From Methanobacteriaceae archaeon (GTDB lineage: Archaea; Methanobacteriota; Methanobacteria; Methanobacteriales; Methanobacteriaceae), in contig JAUSNX010000012.1 of the NCBI GenBank assembly GCA_030656015.1, forward strand, positions 208,670 to 240,669: DNA of 32,000 nucleotides. The letters are read 5' to 3'. Within the stretch, counting starts at the first letter, position 1. Each line of letters begins with the position of its first letter. The notes beneath the pieces are model-generated. The model was not told where the DNA came from and did not search any database. It saw only the letters and a program-made list of their open reading frames with translations. Of this stretch, positions 20,020 to 29,355 are shown one piece after another. Made by a program: the position numbers and the translations under genes.

Positions 20020-22266
20020 TTAATATCTTCCTGTTTTGAATTTAATGACATATCCTGGAGACAAAGCATTACCTGCAAGATCACTTATTGATGAAGAAGG
20101 TATGTAAACCGAGTAATAGGAATTAATGCTTCTTTTGTTGCTGGTTTTTATGTAAAGAATGTTTCCTGAAATCCACTTGGATATATTGACTATTTTTCCA
20201 TATTTGTCTTTCACTATAATCTTAGACCAATTGATACCTAATTTAATGTTTTCACTGAATTTAAGATAAATGATCTTTGTTCTTGGAACACCAGTAGCAG
20301 ACTTCTTAGGATATGTATAAGTCACCTTAGGTGGAATTAAATCTATTTTAACCGATTTATGTATACTCTGACTACCAGTACTGGCTGCAACATCAGCATA
20401 TCCTGCTTTTGAACCGCCTTTTAAAGTAGATCTGGCCACGCCGTTAATCATGGAAACATATGTGGTTCCAATTGTTCCTAAGTTAGAGGAAAATTTCACC
20501 ACTATACCATCTGGAACATGGCAATTGTTCGGGTCGTGGTAGACGCCATTAACATCATGGAGTAAGTCTGCCGTTAGTACAGCAATTCCGCCATTTTTAA
20601 TAACAGCCGTGCTCGGATTAAATCTTAAAACCAGCCAGGAAGAAACATTGGAATCAACAACACGATCTGATGGATTTTGATTGGAACCCCACCAGTTGTA
20701 TCGAGCATCAACGGAGCCTCCTTCATTGTATATATCTTCTGGATAGTATCCGTCCATACCATTTTCCATGATCTGACAGAAGTGAACCCTTAGGATGCCT
20801 TCATTGTAGAAAACATCACCATTCATATTAGCGCCGTTCCTTCTGAAAACACTGCCAGATACGTTTACTGTGGAATTGGCCCAGTTAGAAATGGCCCCGC
20901 CCAGATCCGCATAATTATCAGTGAAATTACTATCATAGACACTAGAATTACCGTAATTAGAAATGGCACCACCATCAAAAGCTAAATCGTCCAAACCACT
21001 GGTGGCAGTGTTTTCTACGAATATACTATTTTTAACAATTAAATAGCCCATATTAGAAATAGCAGCCCCACTATCTGCCAGATTACCAGTGAATTCACAG
21101 TTCCTCATGGAAGTTGTGCCTTCATAATTGGAAATAGCACCACCACAATAAGTTGTATCATTATAAGAACTTTTTGCAGTATTATTTGTAAATTTGCTTG
21201 AATTGATGATTAAAGCGCCAGCTCCAGTAAAAATAGCGCCACCGAAACATCCCGTATCATTATTCAAACTATTAACTAAGTTATTTGTGAAATTATTTGC
21301 ATTAATGGTCAAATTTCCGATATTGTAAACAGCACCACCATATTCTGCAACATTTAATAAGAATTCACAATCAGATAAAGTAGAATTACCCTGGTTTGAT
21401 ATGGCCCCTCCACCAGTGGCAGAATTCCTTGAAAATGAGACTTTATTAGAAATAAACTTACCTCCATTATCTATGGCTCCACCAAGAAGATTAGCTTCAT
21501 TATTCACAAATTCACTTTCATTGGCACTTAAATTCCCATAATTACCAATAGCACCACCATAGGATATTCCATTTAAATTACTGGCAGAGTTATTGTTAAA
21601 AACGCTGCGAATAATTTTTAAATCTCCTAAATTAAGAATAGCACCACCAACAGCTCCGGAATCATATGTTGCAAAGTTATTGTTAAAAATACCATCATTG
21701 ATAGTCAAATTACCATAATTAAAAATAGCACCGCCTAATCCTGCTTTGTTAAATGTAAAAGATGTTTTTAATAAGCTCAAAGTCCCATTATTATAGATAG
21801 CACCTCCGATTGAGCCATTACCATTAGTAATAGTCAAATTCATGATAATAACTGTTATATTTGATTTAATCAGAAATATTTGGGCAGAATTAGTCCCATT
21901 TATGATAGTGCCATCACGGCTCTGGCCTTGAATAGTCATATTCTTATCAAGAGTTATATTATTGTTATTCTCCCCAGAATATAGTCCATCAGCGATATTA
22001 ACTATTCCTCCATCAGATACGGTTCCTGTAGCATTTTTAATAGATTTTTTAGGCCCCACCGTACTTATTCCATCCCACACATCTGATTCACCATCCCAGC
22101 TATCATTTCCTGAGGAATCATTCACATAAATAATGCCTGGATTAGCAGAAACATCACCTATAGAAGCTAAGGAAATTATTCCGAATACCAGTAATATAAA
22201 TAAAACAATTACTGGACTTTTAAGATTATTAGTTGTATTTGTAATCCTTTTCACCTCCAAATTCAA
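20020..22266 (-). CDS. Adhesin-like secreted protein: signal peptide, PbH1 beta-helix repeats, Ig-like domain, C-terminal SbsA-Ig/Big_5-like domain
   Basis: The N-terminus has a hydrophobic core and ...SIGDVSA/NPG cleavage-like site. About 12 GGAI.N.G.L rungs are present. YNWWGSN...SSWLVLRF is the same junction motif as in the first adhesin. The C-terminus PPKVTYTYPKKSATGVPRTKIIYLKFSENI...DLAGNAL is SbsA_Ig-like. There is no C-terminal TM anchor. Confidence 0.88.
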   Translation of the reverse strand: MNLEVKRITNTTNNLKSPVIVLFILLVFGIISLASIGDVSANPGIIYVNDSSGNDSWDGESDVWDGISTVGPKKSIKNATGTVSDGGIVNIADGLYSGENNNNITLDKNMTIQGQSRDGTIINGTNSAQIFLIKSNITVIIMNLTITNGNGSIGGAIYNNGTLSLLKTSFTFNKAGLGGAIFNYGNLTINDGIFNNNFATYDSGAVGGAILNLGDLKIIRSVFNNNSASNLNGISYGGAIGNYGNLSANESEFVNNEANLLGGAIDNGGKFISNKVSFSRNSATGGGAISNQGNSTLSDCEFLLNVAEYGGAVYNIGNLTINANNFTNNLVNSLNNDTGCFGGAIFTGAGALIINSSKFTNNTAKSSYNDTTYCGGAISNYEGTTSMRNCEFTGNLADSGAAISNMGYLIVKNSIFVENTATSGLDDLAFDGGAISNYGNSSVYDSNFTDNYADLGGAISNWANSTVNVSGSVFRRNGANMNGDVFYNEGILRVHFCQIMENGMDGYYPEDIYNEGGSVDARYNWWGSNQNPSDRVVDSNVSSWLVLRFNPSTAVIKNGGIAVLTADLLHDVNGVYHDPNNCHVPDGIVVKFSSNLGTIGTTYVSMINGVARSTLKGGSKAGYADVAASTGSQSIHKSVKIDLIPPKVTYTYPKKSATGVPRTKIIYLKFSENIKLGINWSKIIVKDKYGKIVNISKWISGNILYIKTSNKRSINSYYSVYIPSSSISDLAGNALSPGYVIKFKTGRY

Positions 22267-22494
22267 GAATATTAAAGTATTAATTTACTAAGAATAATTA
22301 TAGAAAATAATACTTTAAGGTTTCTATTTAATTCTCGAAGTTTGAAGATTTCAATAAAATATTTACTAAAAAATAAAACCAGTTTAAATATTTATTAAAT
22401 GAAAGTATTGAAAAGAATAAGACTTATTGGAAGGCTAAAATTGGCCAAAAAGTAAAATCAAGACATAGAATATAATTTATTAAGATATGTATGA

Positions 22495-22533
22495 TTTCAA
22501 AAAAACAAAAAATAAGCAGTCCAGAGGACCGCT
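22495..22533 (-). terminator. Hairpin + T-tract terminator candidate after mtd
   Basis: The minus strand reads AGCGGTCC-TCT-GGACTGCT (7 bp including one G-U) followed by TATTTTTTGTTTTTTTG. It starts 12 nt after the mtd stop. Confidence 0.5.
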
Positions 22534-22544
22534 TTAAAACACAA

Positions 22545-23375
22545 TTATTGTGGTTTTTCCATTAAAACTGATTTAGCCATGGTTTGTCCTTTTCCACCGT
22601 GTGGAGTTCGGACAACAGTGTCATTGGCCTTTTCAATTTCTCTTGCTTCAGCAGCGAGTTTAGCAGCAGTAGTAATCATTTCGTGAGCAGAAGCTACGAT
22701 TGGTATGTACTTTTCTGCATCTTTAGTCATGAAACATCCTTCGACGTCAATATCAGCTACTTTGGTAGCGATGTCGTAGGCAGCCATGGCTTTAGCTTTA
22801 GCGTATGGGCTGGAGAATTGAGCAGCTGCAACAGCTACATCTCGGGAAATTACCACTTTAGGTAATTCAATTGCACTTCCAGCTTCAACAGCATTTACTG
22901 CTGCATCAATAGTGTCTTGTACAACTCTGTAAGCACCAGTTAAAGCTAATACTTTAATTACATCAGCATTGAAGGAAGCCATTTCAGTTGGGTCCAGGAA
23001 TTCTCTTCGTGCACCGATCATTGGGTCGGCCTTCACAATAATGTAACCTAAACCTTGTTCTTCCATTTCTTCTTTGGATCGTAGACCAGGAGCGTCACCT
23101 ATGATGATTGCAGGGACATCTGCATCAGATAATAATTCTCTGGCTTTAGCAGGTCCTGGAGCACCTGGGTTAGGGCTTATGAATATGACAAAGTCCCTTT
23201 CCATTTCAAGCATTAATGGTACGGCTTTTTCGATTTCTTCTGGGTTCATTTTAGCCCCAGATCCTATTACACATACGTCTATGTTTGGTCGGTCTGCTCT
23301 CTCGTCGAGTAATAAGTCCAAGACAGGAGAAGTACCGATGTTACCACATTTAATTATACCGATTTTTACAACCAT
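22545..23375 (-). CDS. mtd: F420-dependent methylenetetrahydromethanopterin dehydrogenase
   Basis: MVVKIGIIKCGNIGTSPVLDLLLDERADR...FISPNPGAPGP is the highly conserved Mtd N-terminus. The protein is 276 aa and has a GGTGAT SD. Confidence 0.95.
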   Translation of the reverse strand: MVVKIGIIKCGNIGTSPVLDLLLDERADRPNIDVCVIGSGAKMNPEEIEKAVPLMLEMERDFVIFISPNPGAPGPAKARELLSDADVPAIIIGDAPGLRSKEEMEEQGLGYIIVKADPMIGARREFLDPTEMASFNADVIKVLALTGAYRVVQDTIDAAVNAVEAGSAIELPKVVISRDVAVAAAQFSSPYAKAKAMAAYDIATKVADIDVEGCFMTKDAEKYIPIVASAHEMITTAAKLAAEAREIEKANDTVVRTPHGGKGQTMAKSVLMEKPQ

Positions 23376-23585
23376 TATATCACCAAAATGTGTTATCGAT
23401 TGAGATATTAAGTACTTTTTGATTTAAGTGCAATGGGTAAGTTTTTATATTAGTAGTATGAATCGTGCCAGCATATTAATGAAAATTGGTGATTAAATTT
23501 ATTCCATCTTTCTGGGAGCAAATTTGACTTTGATATGAGAAAAATCGGTCAGAAATTAGTTTCAATATGTTTTACCGAATATATT

Positions 23586-24002
23586 TTATTTATATACAAT
23601 TAGTGCATTGCCAGAATATATCTTAAAAAAGTAATTTTTGGTCAATTCAATTTTTCCCAGGGCTGGATCAGATAAAATCACTGTATTTTCATTTATTTGG
23701 TTAATTACACTGTAATGACATTTTCCATCAATATTCAGAAATACTATATTATCAGAATCCAAATTTTTAGCATGAATTCTCATTCCACGAGCATTCAATC
23801 CCTTTTTTATGGCAGCTTTCATTAATCCATACATAGTAGTCCCCGTATCATCAGTGCCAGCCATCTTAGCCAATTCATTTTCATTACATTTTATTCCCAT
23901 TTTCTGAAGTACCGTGGCTAGTGCTGCCGGGCCACAATTATAGCTAGTACTTTGCATCACGATTTCTGATTTTATAGAATTATCATCTGAAAGAGTATTC
24001 AT
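23586..24002 (-). CDS. Stand-alone peptidase C39-like (papain-fold) cysteine peptidase domain protein
   Basis: 138 aa. QSTSYNCGPAALATVL holds the catalytic Cys in the Q..x.CG.a.l context of C39. HYSVI holds the His, and LSDPA has the Asp-Pro that follows it. There is no signal peptide, TM segment or ABC-transporter domain. Confidence 0.7.
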   Translation of the reverse strand: MNTLSDDNSIKSEIVMQSTSYNCGPAALATVLQKMGIKCNENELAKMAGTDDTGTTMYGLMKAAIKKGLNARGMRIHAKNLDSDNIVFLNIDGKCHYSVINQINENTVILSDPALGKIELTKNYFFKIYSGNALIVYK

Positions 24003-24148
24003 AATACTTACAACCTTTTTAGTAATAATTAGTTAATAAGTATTATTATATTTAATATTATTGTTTTAAAAAGTAATAATAATTATATAATAAATTTTGT
24101 AAATAAAACATTAAAAAAAAAATAGAAAATAAACGATTTTAATTTTAA

Positions 24149-25231
24149 CTATCTAAATTCTGACCGAGCATTCCAAATCTTTTTTAAGGTTTTAAAACCA
24201 CTCTTAGATTTTTTTAAGTCTTCAAAATGATTAATAATATCCAGCAAATTGTCAACTGATTTTTCAGCATGATTTACCATTTCTGAGCCACCAACAGGTG
24301 CATTGACATTCTCCATTTCCTGAGGAATATTTTCTAATTTTGCTACACTAATTCCTAATTTTCGGGCCAAATCAACACTGGAATGTTTGTGATGGAATCC
24401 TGCTATTTTGATAGATGGAACATTCAAAACACCTGCTTCAATGGTTATTCCCATTCCGGCCCCATAGATTAACAAATCAGAAGCATTCATAATACTGGGA
24501 AGATCAACAAAGCCCTCTAAAACTTTTATTTTAGAAGAAAATGAAGGAGATATTAGACTTTTTACATAATCCCTTTCAAATCGGAACGGGACAATTAAAG
24601 TAGTCTTATCTAAAGATTCAATTATTTTTATTAAATCAGGGATTTGATAGGCTTTTAAATCGCCACCAAGGGCCACTAAAATAAATTCATCAACATCATA
24701 TAAATCTTTCAATTTATTTTTATCCATTAGATTCATTTTATCTATAAATGAGGCCATAGGATATCCACCAATATTTTTCACATTTTTTATGGAGTATTGA
24801 TTCTTTAAATAGTTTTGATAGTCCTTAGATGGTGCTGTAACCATATCCGCGAAGGAAATCATTTCAATAGGATTGTAAATATCCTGTTCAATATGCAAAG
24901 TCGGTATTCTAAGTAAATTAGCTGCAGAAAGTCCTTTTCTAACATCTCCTGCATTCCCACAAGTGATTAATAAATCAATTCCCTTTCCTCGCATGGCTTG
25001 AGCCGTTTTTATGATGTCTTTCATCACCAAATATCCAATCTTTGAATTGGATCTTTTTTGGGCCCCTGCACCACGACCCTGGCCAATAGAATAAATTTCA
25101 GAACAATATTGAGTTAAAAGTTCTTCAGCACCATTTCCATGTGCCAATCCCATAACTTCAGCATCTAGTTTTTCCAGAACTGGGATTATGGTTTTAGCAG
25201 GAGCTAGCTCAGCTGCAACTGCAATTTTCAT
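24149..25231 (-). CDS. GT-B-fold glycosyltransferase-like protein (MurG / DUF354 / WecB-like; exact family unresolved)
   Basis: N-domain: KIAVAA...IIPVLEKL ... DLLITCGNAGD...LRIPTLHIEQD (compare MurG ..GGy...P.v.HEQN, WecB ..GDt...ip..HvEAG). C-domain: ILVALGGDL ... ASDLLIYGAGMGITIEAGVLNVPSIKI (compare MurG aDlvIsRaGa.T..E....g.P.i.vP). Its ATG overlaps the upstream gene's TGA (ATGA at 25231-25228). Confidence 0.6.
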   Translation of the reverse strand: MKIAVAAELAPAKTIIPVLEKLDAEVMGLAHGNGAEELLTQYCSEIYSIGQGRGAGAQKRSNSKIGYLVMKDIIKTAQAMRGKGIDLLITCGNAGDVRKGLSAANLLRIPTLHIEQDIYNPIEMISFADMVTAPSKDYQNYLKNQYSIKNVKNIGGYPMASFIDKMNLMDKNKLKDLYDVDEFILVALGGDLKAYQIPDLIKIIESLDKTTLIVPFRFERDYVKSLISPSFSSKIKVLEGFVDLPSIMNASDLLIYGAGMGITIEAGVLNVPSIKIAGFHHKHSSVDLARKLGISVAKLENIPQEMENVNAPVGGSEMVNHAEKSVDNLLDIINHFEDLKKSKSGFKTLKKIWNARSEFR

Positions 25232-26526
25232 GGGTCTTCCCGCTTCATGTCATTTCCCATCACTTCATCAAGTTCATATCCATTCATATAATTCCTATGA
25301 TTGAAATAAGCATATAGAATCAAAAGAATAGAAATAAGATAGAATATCCATACAACCAAATCTGTGGGGCCTGTTTCAATCCATACCAATGTTTGGGCCA
25401 ATATTATGGCATAAAATACTGTAAAAATTCCTTTTTTTACTTTTTGAATTAAATGCATTAATTTAAGAATCAGACCTAAAAAGAACATTTGCAAGGCCAG
25501 AGCCCAGACCCCGAAATCTAAAAGGGCTGGGCCAAATATAGTTGATGTAGCAGAGTGTTTGTATCCCAGAACCACTTCCCCTACAATAGCCCGTGGATCA
25601 GCTGCCTGGAAAAATCCAGTGAGGGAATAATAGGTTAATGTTCCATGGGTCGCCCCTTGCATCCCAATTAAGGTGTTAAAAACTGTGAGGGTATATCCTG
25701 CTCGGTAAAAAAATAATTCCAATGGATTTAAAGTCCAAGTTTGCCATTCAATAGATTTAGCAGATATATATCCTACTAAAAGGCCTATTCCAACCAGACC
25801 AATAATAAAAATAGCGAAATATATCCATTTAAGATTTTTAGAGAAATTTCGAGTGTAATATAAAGTAATGAATACACTTAAAATTATAACGATGGTGGTA
25901 GTCCTATAGCCAGTCAAGGCAAAAATAGCTATTCCAAGAATAAATAGAATATAATAATAGCTCCTGTTGAATCGGGCCAGCAAAATATTTATTCCCGGTA
26001 GAAACAAGAGGTAAGAAAATATCCATATTTTAGTGACTGCTTTAGCCTTCAAATAACCACTTAAAAGGGGTATGCCTCCTGAATAAATCAAATTAATAGC
26101 TTGGAGAGATAATCCCAATATAACTATGGCTAAAATTACTAGTTCTAGAAGAGAAAAACTTTTAAAAAAGCTTTTTTTAATATTGTTCGATTTATCTGGA
26201 GATTTATTTTGATTAAGATTATTTATTAAATATTCTTTTTGAGAATATAATTGATTTAAAAAGTTATTTAAATTTTTAAATCTTTTAAAGTTGAGTTTAT
26301 AGAATATCTTAGGAAAAATTATTCCCAAAAGAAAAAAACAGCAGCCAAATAAAATATAGAAATAAACCCCTATAGAAGGTGCCTGTAATCCCTTTATTTG
26401 ATAAAAAAATCCGACCAATCCAAATAATACGTACAAAAATATGGCAAATATAATTAAATAAGGAGAAAATACGTCAATTTTATTAGTTAAATTCATGTTA
26501 TCGGCCTTGAAATAATTAATTATCAA
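25228..26526 (-). CDS. Polytopic membrane protein, Wzy/O-antigen-polymerase-like (oligosaccharide repeat-unit polymerase family, tentative)
   Basis: 432 aa with about 10-12 TM helices. It has a K/N-rich cytoplasmic loop after TM2 and a large loop (EWQTWTLNPLELFFYRAGYT...GATHGTLTYY...) of the kind seen in Wzy/ligase-type enzymes. It is translationally coupled to the GT-B gene. Confidence 0.55.
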   Translation of the reverse strand: MIINYFKADNMNLTNKIDVFSPYLIIFAIFLYVLFGLVGFFYQIKGLQAPSIGVYFYILFGCCFFLLGIIFPKIFYKLNFKRFKNLNNFLNQLYSQKEYLINNLNQNKSPDKSNNIKKSFFKSFSLLELVILAIVILGLSLQAINLIYSGGIPLLSGYLKAKAVTKIWIFSYLLFLPGINILLARFNRSYYYILFILGIAIFALTGYRTTTIVIILSVFITLYYTRNFSKNLKWIYFAIFIIGLVGIGLLVGYISAKSIEWQTWTLNPLELFFYRAGYTLTVFNTLIGMQGATHGTLTYYSLTGFFQAADPRAIVGEVVLGYKHSATSTIFGPALLDFGVWALALQMFFLGLILKLMHLIQKVKKGIFTVFYAIILAQTLVWIETGPTDLVVWIFYLISILLILYAYFNHRNYMNGYELDEVMGNDMKREDP

Positions 26527-26579
26527 TTAAACACAGATATAATGGATTAAATAGCATTAATTTAATAATTTTACATTTA

Positions 26580-27938
26580 TTAGATTTCCCAAGCGTTTTT
26601 AGTTAAGTTAGAAGCAAAGCCAGGACATGCTGCAGCGTGAGTATGCACATAGCTAGCCACCGTGTTTTTAGATATTATTCCATCTTTTGAATCTATTATT
26701 CCCCTTCCACGAAGAATTTTAAATGCAAATTTCGGATTAATGGTTGTATTTGCACTAATATCCACTTTAGAATAGTGAAATTCATGACCTCTATAGATAT
26801 CTCCTTTTTTAGAGATTATATTATCTTGCTGAGCCTCAGAAATAACATAGCTTAATCCCTGAACTTTATCCGTCATCAGGGAGGGATAAGGGAATACATC
26901 ACACATTTTATGCCCATTAATAGATTTTGTAAGGTACATTAACCCACCACATTCACCATAAATTGGCCTTTCATCTAAATGGAACTTTTTAATGGAATTA
27001 CGCATGGAATAATTTTTTTCCAGTTCTTTAGAGAATATCTCAGGATAACCCCCACCTATATAAAGTGCATCCACATCAGGGAGATTTTCATCATGATAAG
27101 GACTAAAAGGAACTATTTGAGCGTGGTTATCTTCCAGAGCTTCTAAATTTTCCTGATAATAGAAAGTAAAAATTTCATCCTGGGCCACCCCGATTTTCAC
27201 TTTTTTGGTATTTTCCTTTTTCCAGAGTTGTTCGCGTTCTGCAGGAATCTTTCCATCACTTTTCATAATATCTTTCAAAGCATCAAGATCAATGTTTTCA
27301 CTTACTACCTGACCCCATTTTTCGATAAACCCTAATAAATTTTCCCTTTCAACCGCAGGAACCAGGCCCAGATGTCTTTGCTCTACAGTCAAAGAATCGC
27401 TCCGGGGTATGCCCCCAATTACTTGAGTATTGGTCAGCTTTTCCACCGCTTCTTTAGCCTTCAAGTAATGGCGCTGATTTTTGACATGATTTAAAATTAC
27501 TCCCTCAATCTTTATCTCAGGATCTAAGGATTTAAATCCTAGTACTACTGCTGCCGCACTTTTTACCAGACTTCTAGCATTTAAAATCAAAATGACAGGA
27601 GAATTCAGAGCTTTAGCTGCAGATGCTGTGTTTCCGACATCTCCTGTAGGACTAATTCCTTCATAAAGACCCCTGACACCTTCAATTATTCCCATTTTCG
27701 AAGCTGTAATCGCCATAGCCCTTTCAAAGGCCTCTCTTATCTGGCCATCCGACATGAAAAATGAGTCTAAATTACGAGACCTATTTCCTGTGGCCAAGGT
27801 GTGATAAGTAGGATCAATATAATCTGGTCCAACCTTAAATGGTTGAATCTTAGTTTCTTCTGATAATGCTTTCATTATACCCGTGGAAATTGTAGTTTTC
27901 CCCACAGCACTTCCAGTCCCAGCCAATACTATTCTCAT
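26580..27938 (-). CDS. cbiA: a,c-diamide synthase of the CbiA/CfbB family (cobyrinate or Ni-sirohydrochlorin a,c-diamide synthase)
   Basis: It has the P-loop [13 protein letters not shown], the motif [13 protein letters not shown], the GATase-3 domain with GECGGLMYL (nucleophile Cys), and HEFHYS. At 452 aa it could act in either the cobamide or the F430 pathway. The two paralogues cannot be told apart by eye. Confidence 0.88.
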   Translation of the reverse strand: MRIVLAGTGSAVGKTTISTGIMKALSEETKIQPFKVGPDYIDPTYHTLATGNRSRNLDSFFMSDGQIREAFERAMAITASKMGIIEGVRGLYEGISPTGDVGNTASAAKALNSPVILILNARSLVKSAAAVVLGFKSLDPEIKIEGVILNHVKNQRHYLKAKEAVEKLTNTQVIGGIPRSDSLTVEQRHLGLVPAVERENLLGFIEKWGQVVSENIDLDALKDIMKSDGKIPAEREQLWKKENTKKVKIGVAQDEIFTFYYQENLEALEDNHAQIVPFSPYHDENLPDVDALYIGGGYPEIFSKELEKNYSMRNSIKKFHLDERPIYGECGGLMYLTKSINGHKMCDVFPYPSLMTDKVQGLSYVISEAQQDNIISKKGDIYRGHEFHYSKVDISANTTINPKFAFKILRGRGIIDSKDGIISKNTVASYVHTHAAACPGFASNLTKNAWEI

Positions 27939-28172
27939 AGTCTATAATCAACTCACATTTTATTTAAATATTTAATATAATGATGATATTTTAAATCGGT
28001 GTGATAAAATAGGGCATTGATAAAAAGAAAAATATTTAGAAATAAAGTGAATTCTTACTAATAAATTAAGTAATTTTTAATATTAATTAATTCTAATTAA
28101 TATTCTAAATTAATTTTATTCTTAATTAAATTAAAATGAAAAGATAGAATTTAACTCTATCCATACCGTGAC

Positions 28173-28694
28173 TTAAGATTTGGTTAAGTATTTTGCCTTG
28201 GTTACATGAGATTTTCCATGAACCAGACAGAAATCCGCGTCACAGTTACTGCATACCCACATACCTTCAGGACATGACCTTCCCCGTTCGTATTTTAGTT
28301 TTCCTGACTTTTTACAGTAGGGACAGTAATTTTTAAATTGTTCTGAATGTAATTTGTAATCTTTGTGTAAGCTACAAGAACATCTAGCTGTGGAGTCTAC
28401 ATATTGGGAAGTTGCTGTAACACTGGTTGCTCCCACATTTGGTAAAGTAGATTTAGTAGATTTTTTCTTGGTTTTTTTCTTTTTTGTAACATAGAAATAA
28501 GATGCATTTACTGCAGGTGCTTTAACAACCTGTGCAGTTATTTTAGTAGTATCTACGTTTTTGGAGCTAAGTTCTCCAAAAATCGGCACACCTGACACTA
28601 CCATACAGGATACTAGTGCCACGGCCATAATAAGTCGTCGCGTAATTATGCCCGCCTCCATGTCCAAATTTTGAAAATACTCAATTAAGAGCAT
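28173..28694 (-). CDS. Signal/anchor-bearing protein with Lys-rich spacer and C-terminal Cys/His-rich zinc-ribbon-like domain (hypothetical)
   Basis: A hydrophobic N-terminal segment (ITRRLIMAVALVSCMVVSGVPIF) is followed by KKKKTKKKSTKS. The C-terminal pattern is C-x-C-x16-C-x2-C-x13-C-x6-C-x2-C-x4-C-x2-H-x3-H. TTTATATG (TATA-like) lies about 35 nt upstream of ATG 28694. ATG 28661 is an alternative start. Confidence 0.6.
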   Translation of the reverse strand: MLLIEYFQNLDMEAGIITRRLIMAVALVSCMVVSGVPIFGELSSKNVDTTKITAQVVKAPAVNASYFYVTKKKKTKKKSTKSTLPNVGATSVTATSQYVDSTARCSCSLHKDYKLHSEQFKNYCPYCKKSGKLKYERGRSCPEGMWVCSNCDADFCLVHGKSHVTKAKYLTKS

Positions 28695-29355
28695 CTTCCA
28701 GACAATTGCTAATTGACGTTACATTGCATATAAAGGTTTTGGTCAAAAATTAGAAAAAAAGAAGTTTTAAGGCTCTTTTTTCCTTTAACGCACTTTAAAA
28801 ACGTATTTAAAAAAGAAATTGTTTATGTATGGCAATGAATTGTAATTTGAACCTAATACTAGCTTATTATACTCTTTTTGTAAAAAAAGGCTTTTTATTT
28901 AGTTTTACAATTACCCACCATCACTTAAATCCAATTTGAATATGGCCAAATGGTCAGTTTTGACATCAAAAAGACGTTATTAATTAGTTTTTAAAGTAAA
29001 AAAAGGTTATAAATGATTTTTTTAAAAAAAGACATTAAAATATTTAATTCATGTTAAAAACATTTATAAAGTTTTTTTTTATTTTTTTAGGCCAATATAA
29101 ACCGATTTATATTTAATTAGTTTTTAAAAAACATACCCCAAGGTTTAAAGGTGTTTTTAGATATTAAAATGAATTTATAATAAATTTCAGAAATATTTCA
29201 ATTTTAAAAAAATCCGATTAAATACTGTTTTAGCCAAAATAAGGTCATTTTAAGAAAATTCTGAAGTAGAAATTAAATTTCAAGAAGATATTCCACAAAT
29301 ATGTACATCACATGTTATCTTCAACATACATTCAATTAATTTTAATAGTTTCCAG

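Noticed and set aside
22584-23403. Two plus-strand ORFs (22584-22865, 23074-23403) opposite mtd
   Set aside because: mtd is unambiguous on the minus strand. The antisense products are Ser-rich low-complexity artefacts.
28590-28661. Twin-arginine (Tat) signal in the Cys-rich protein (ITRRLIMAV)
   Set aside because: The RR is followed by L-I-M rather than the x-F-L-K consensus, and I cannot confirm that this lineage has a Tat system. I treat it as a generic Sec signal or anchor.
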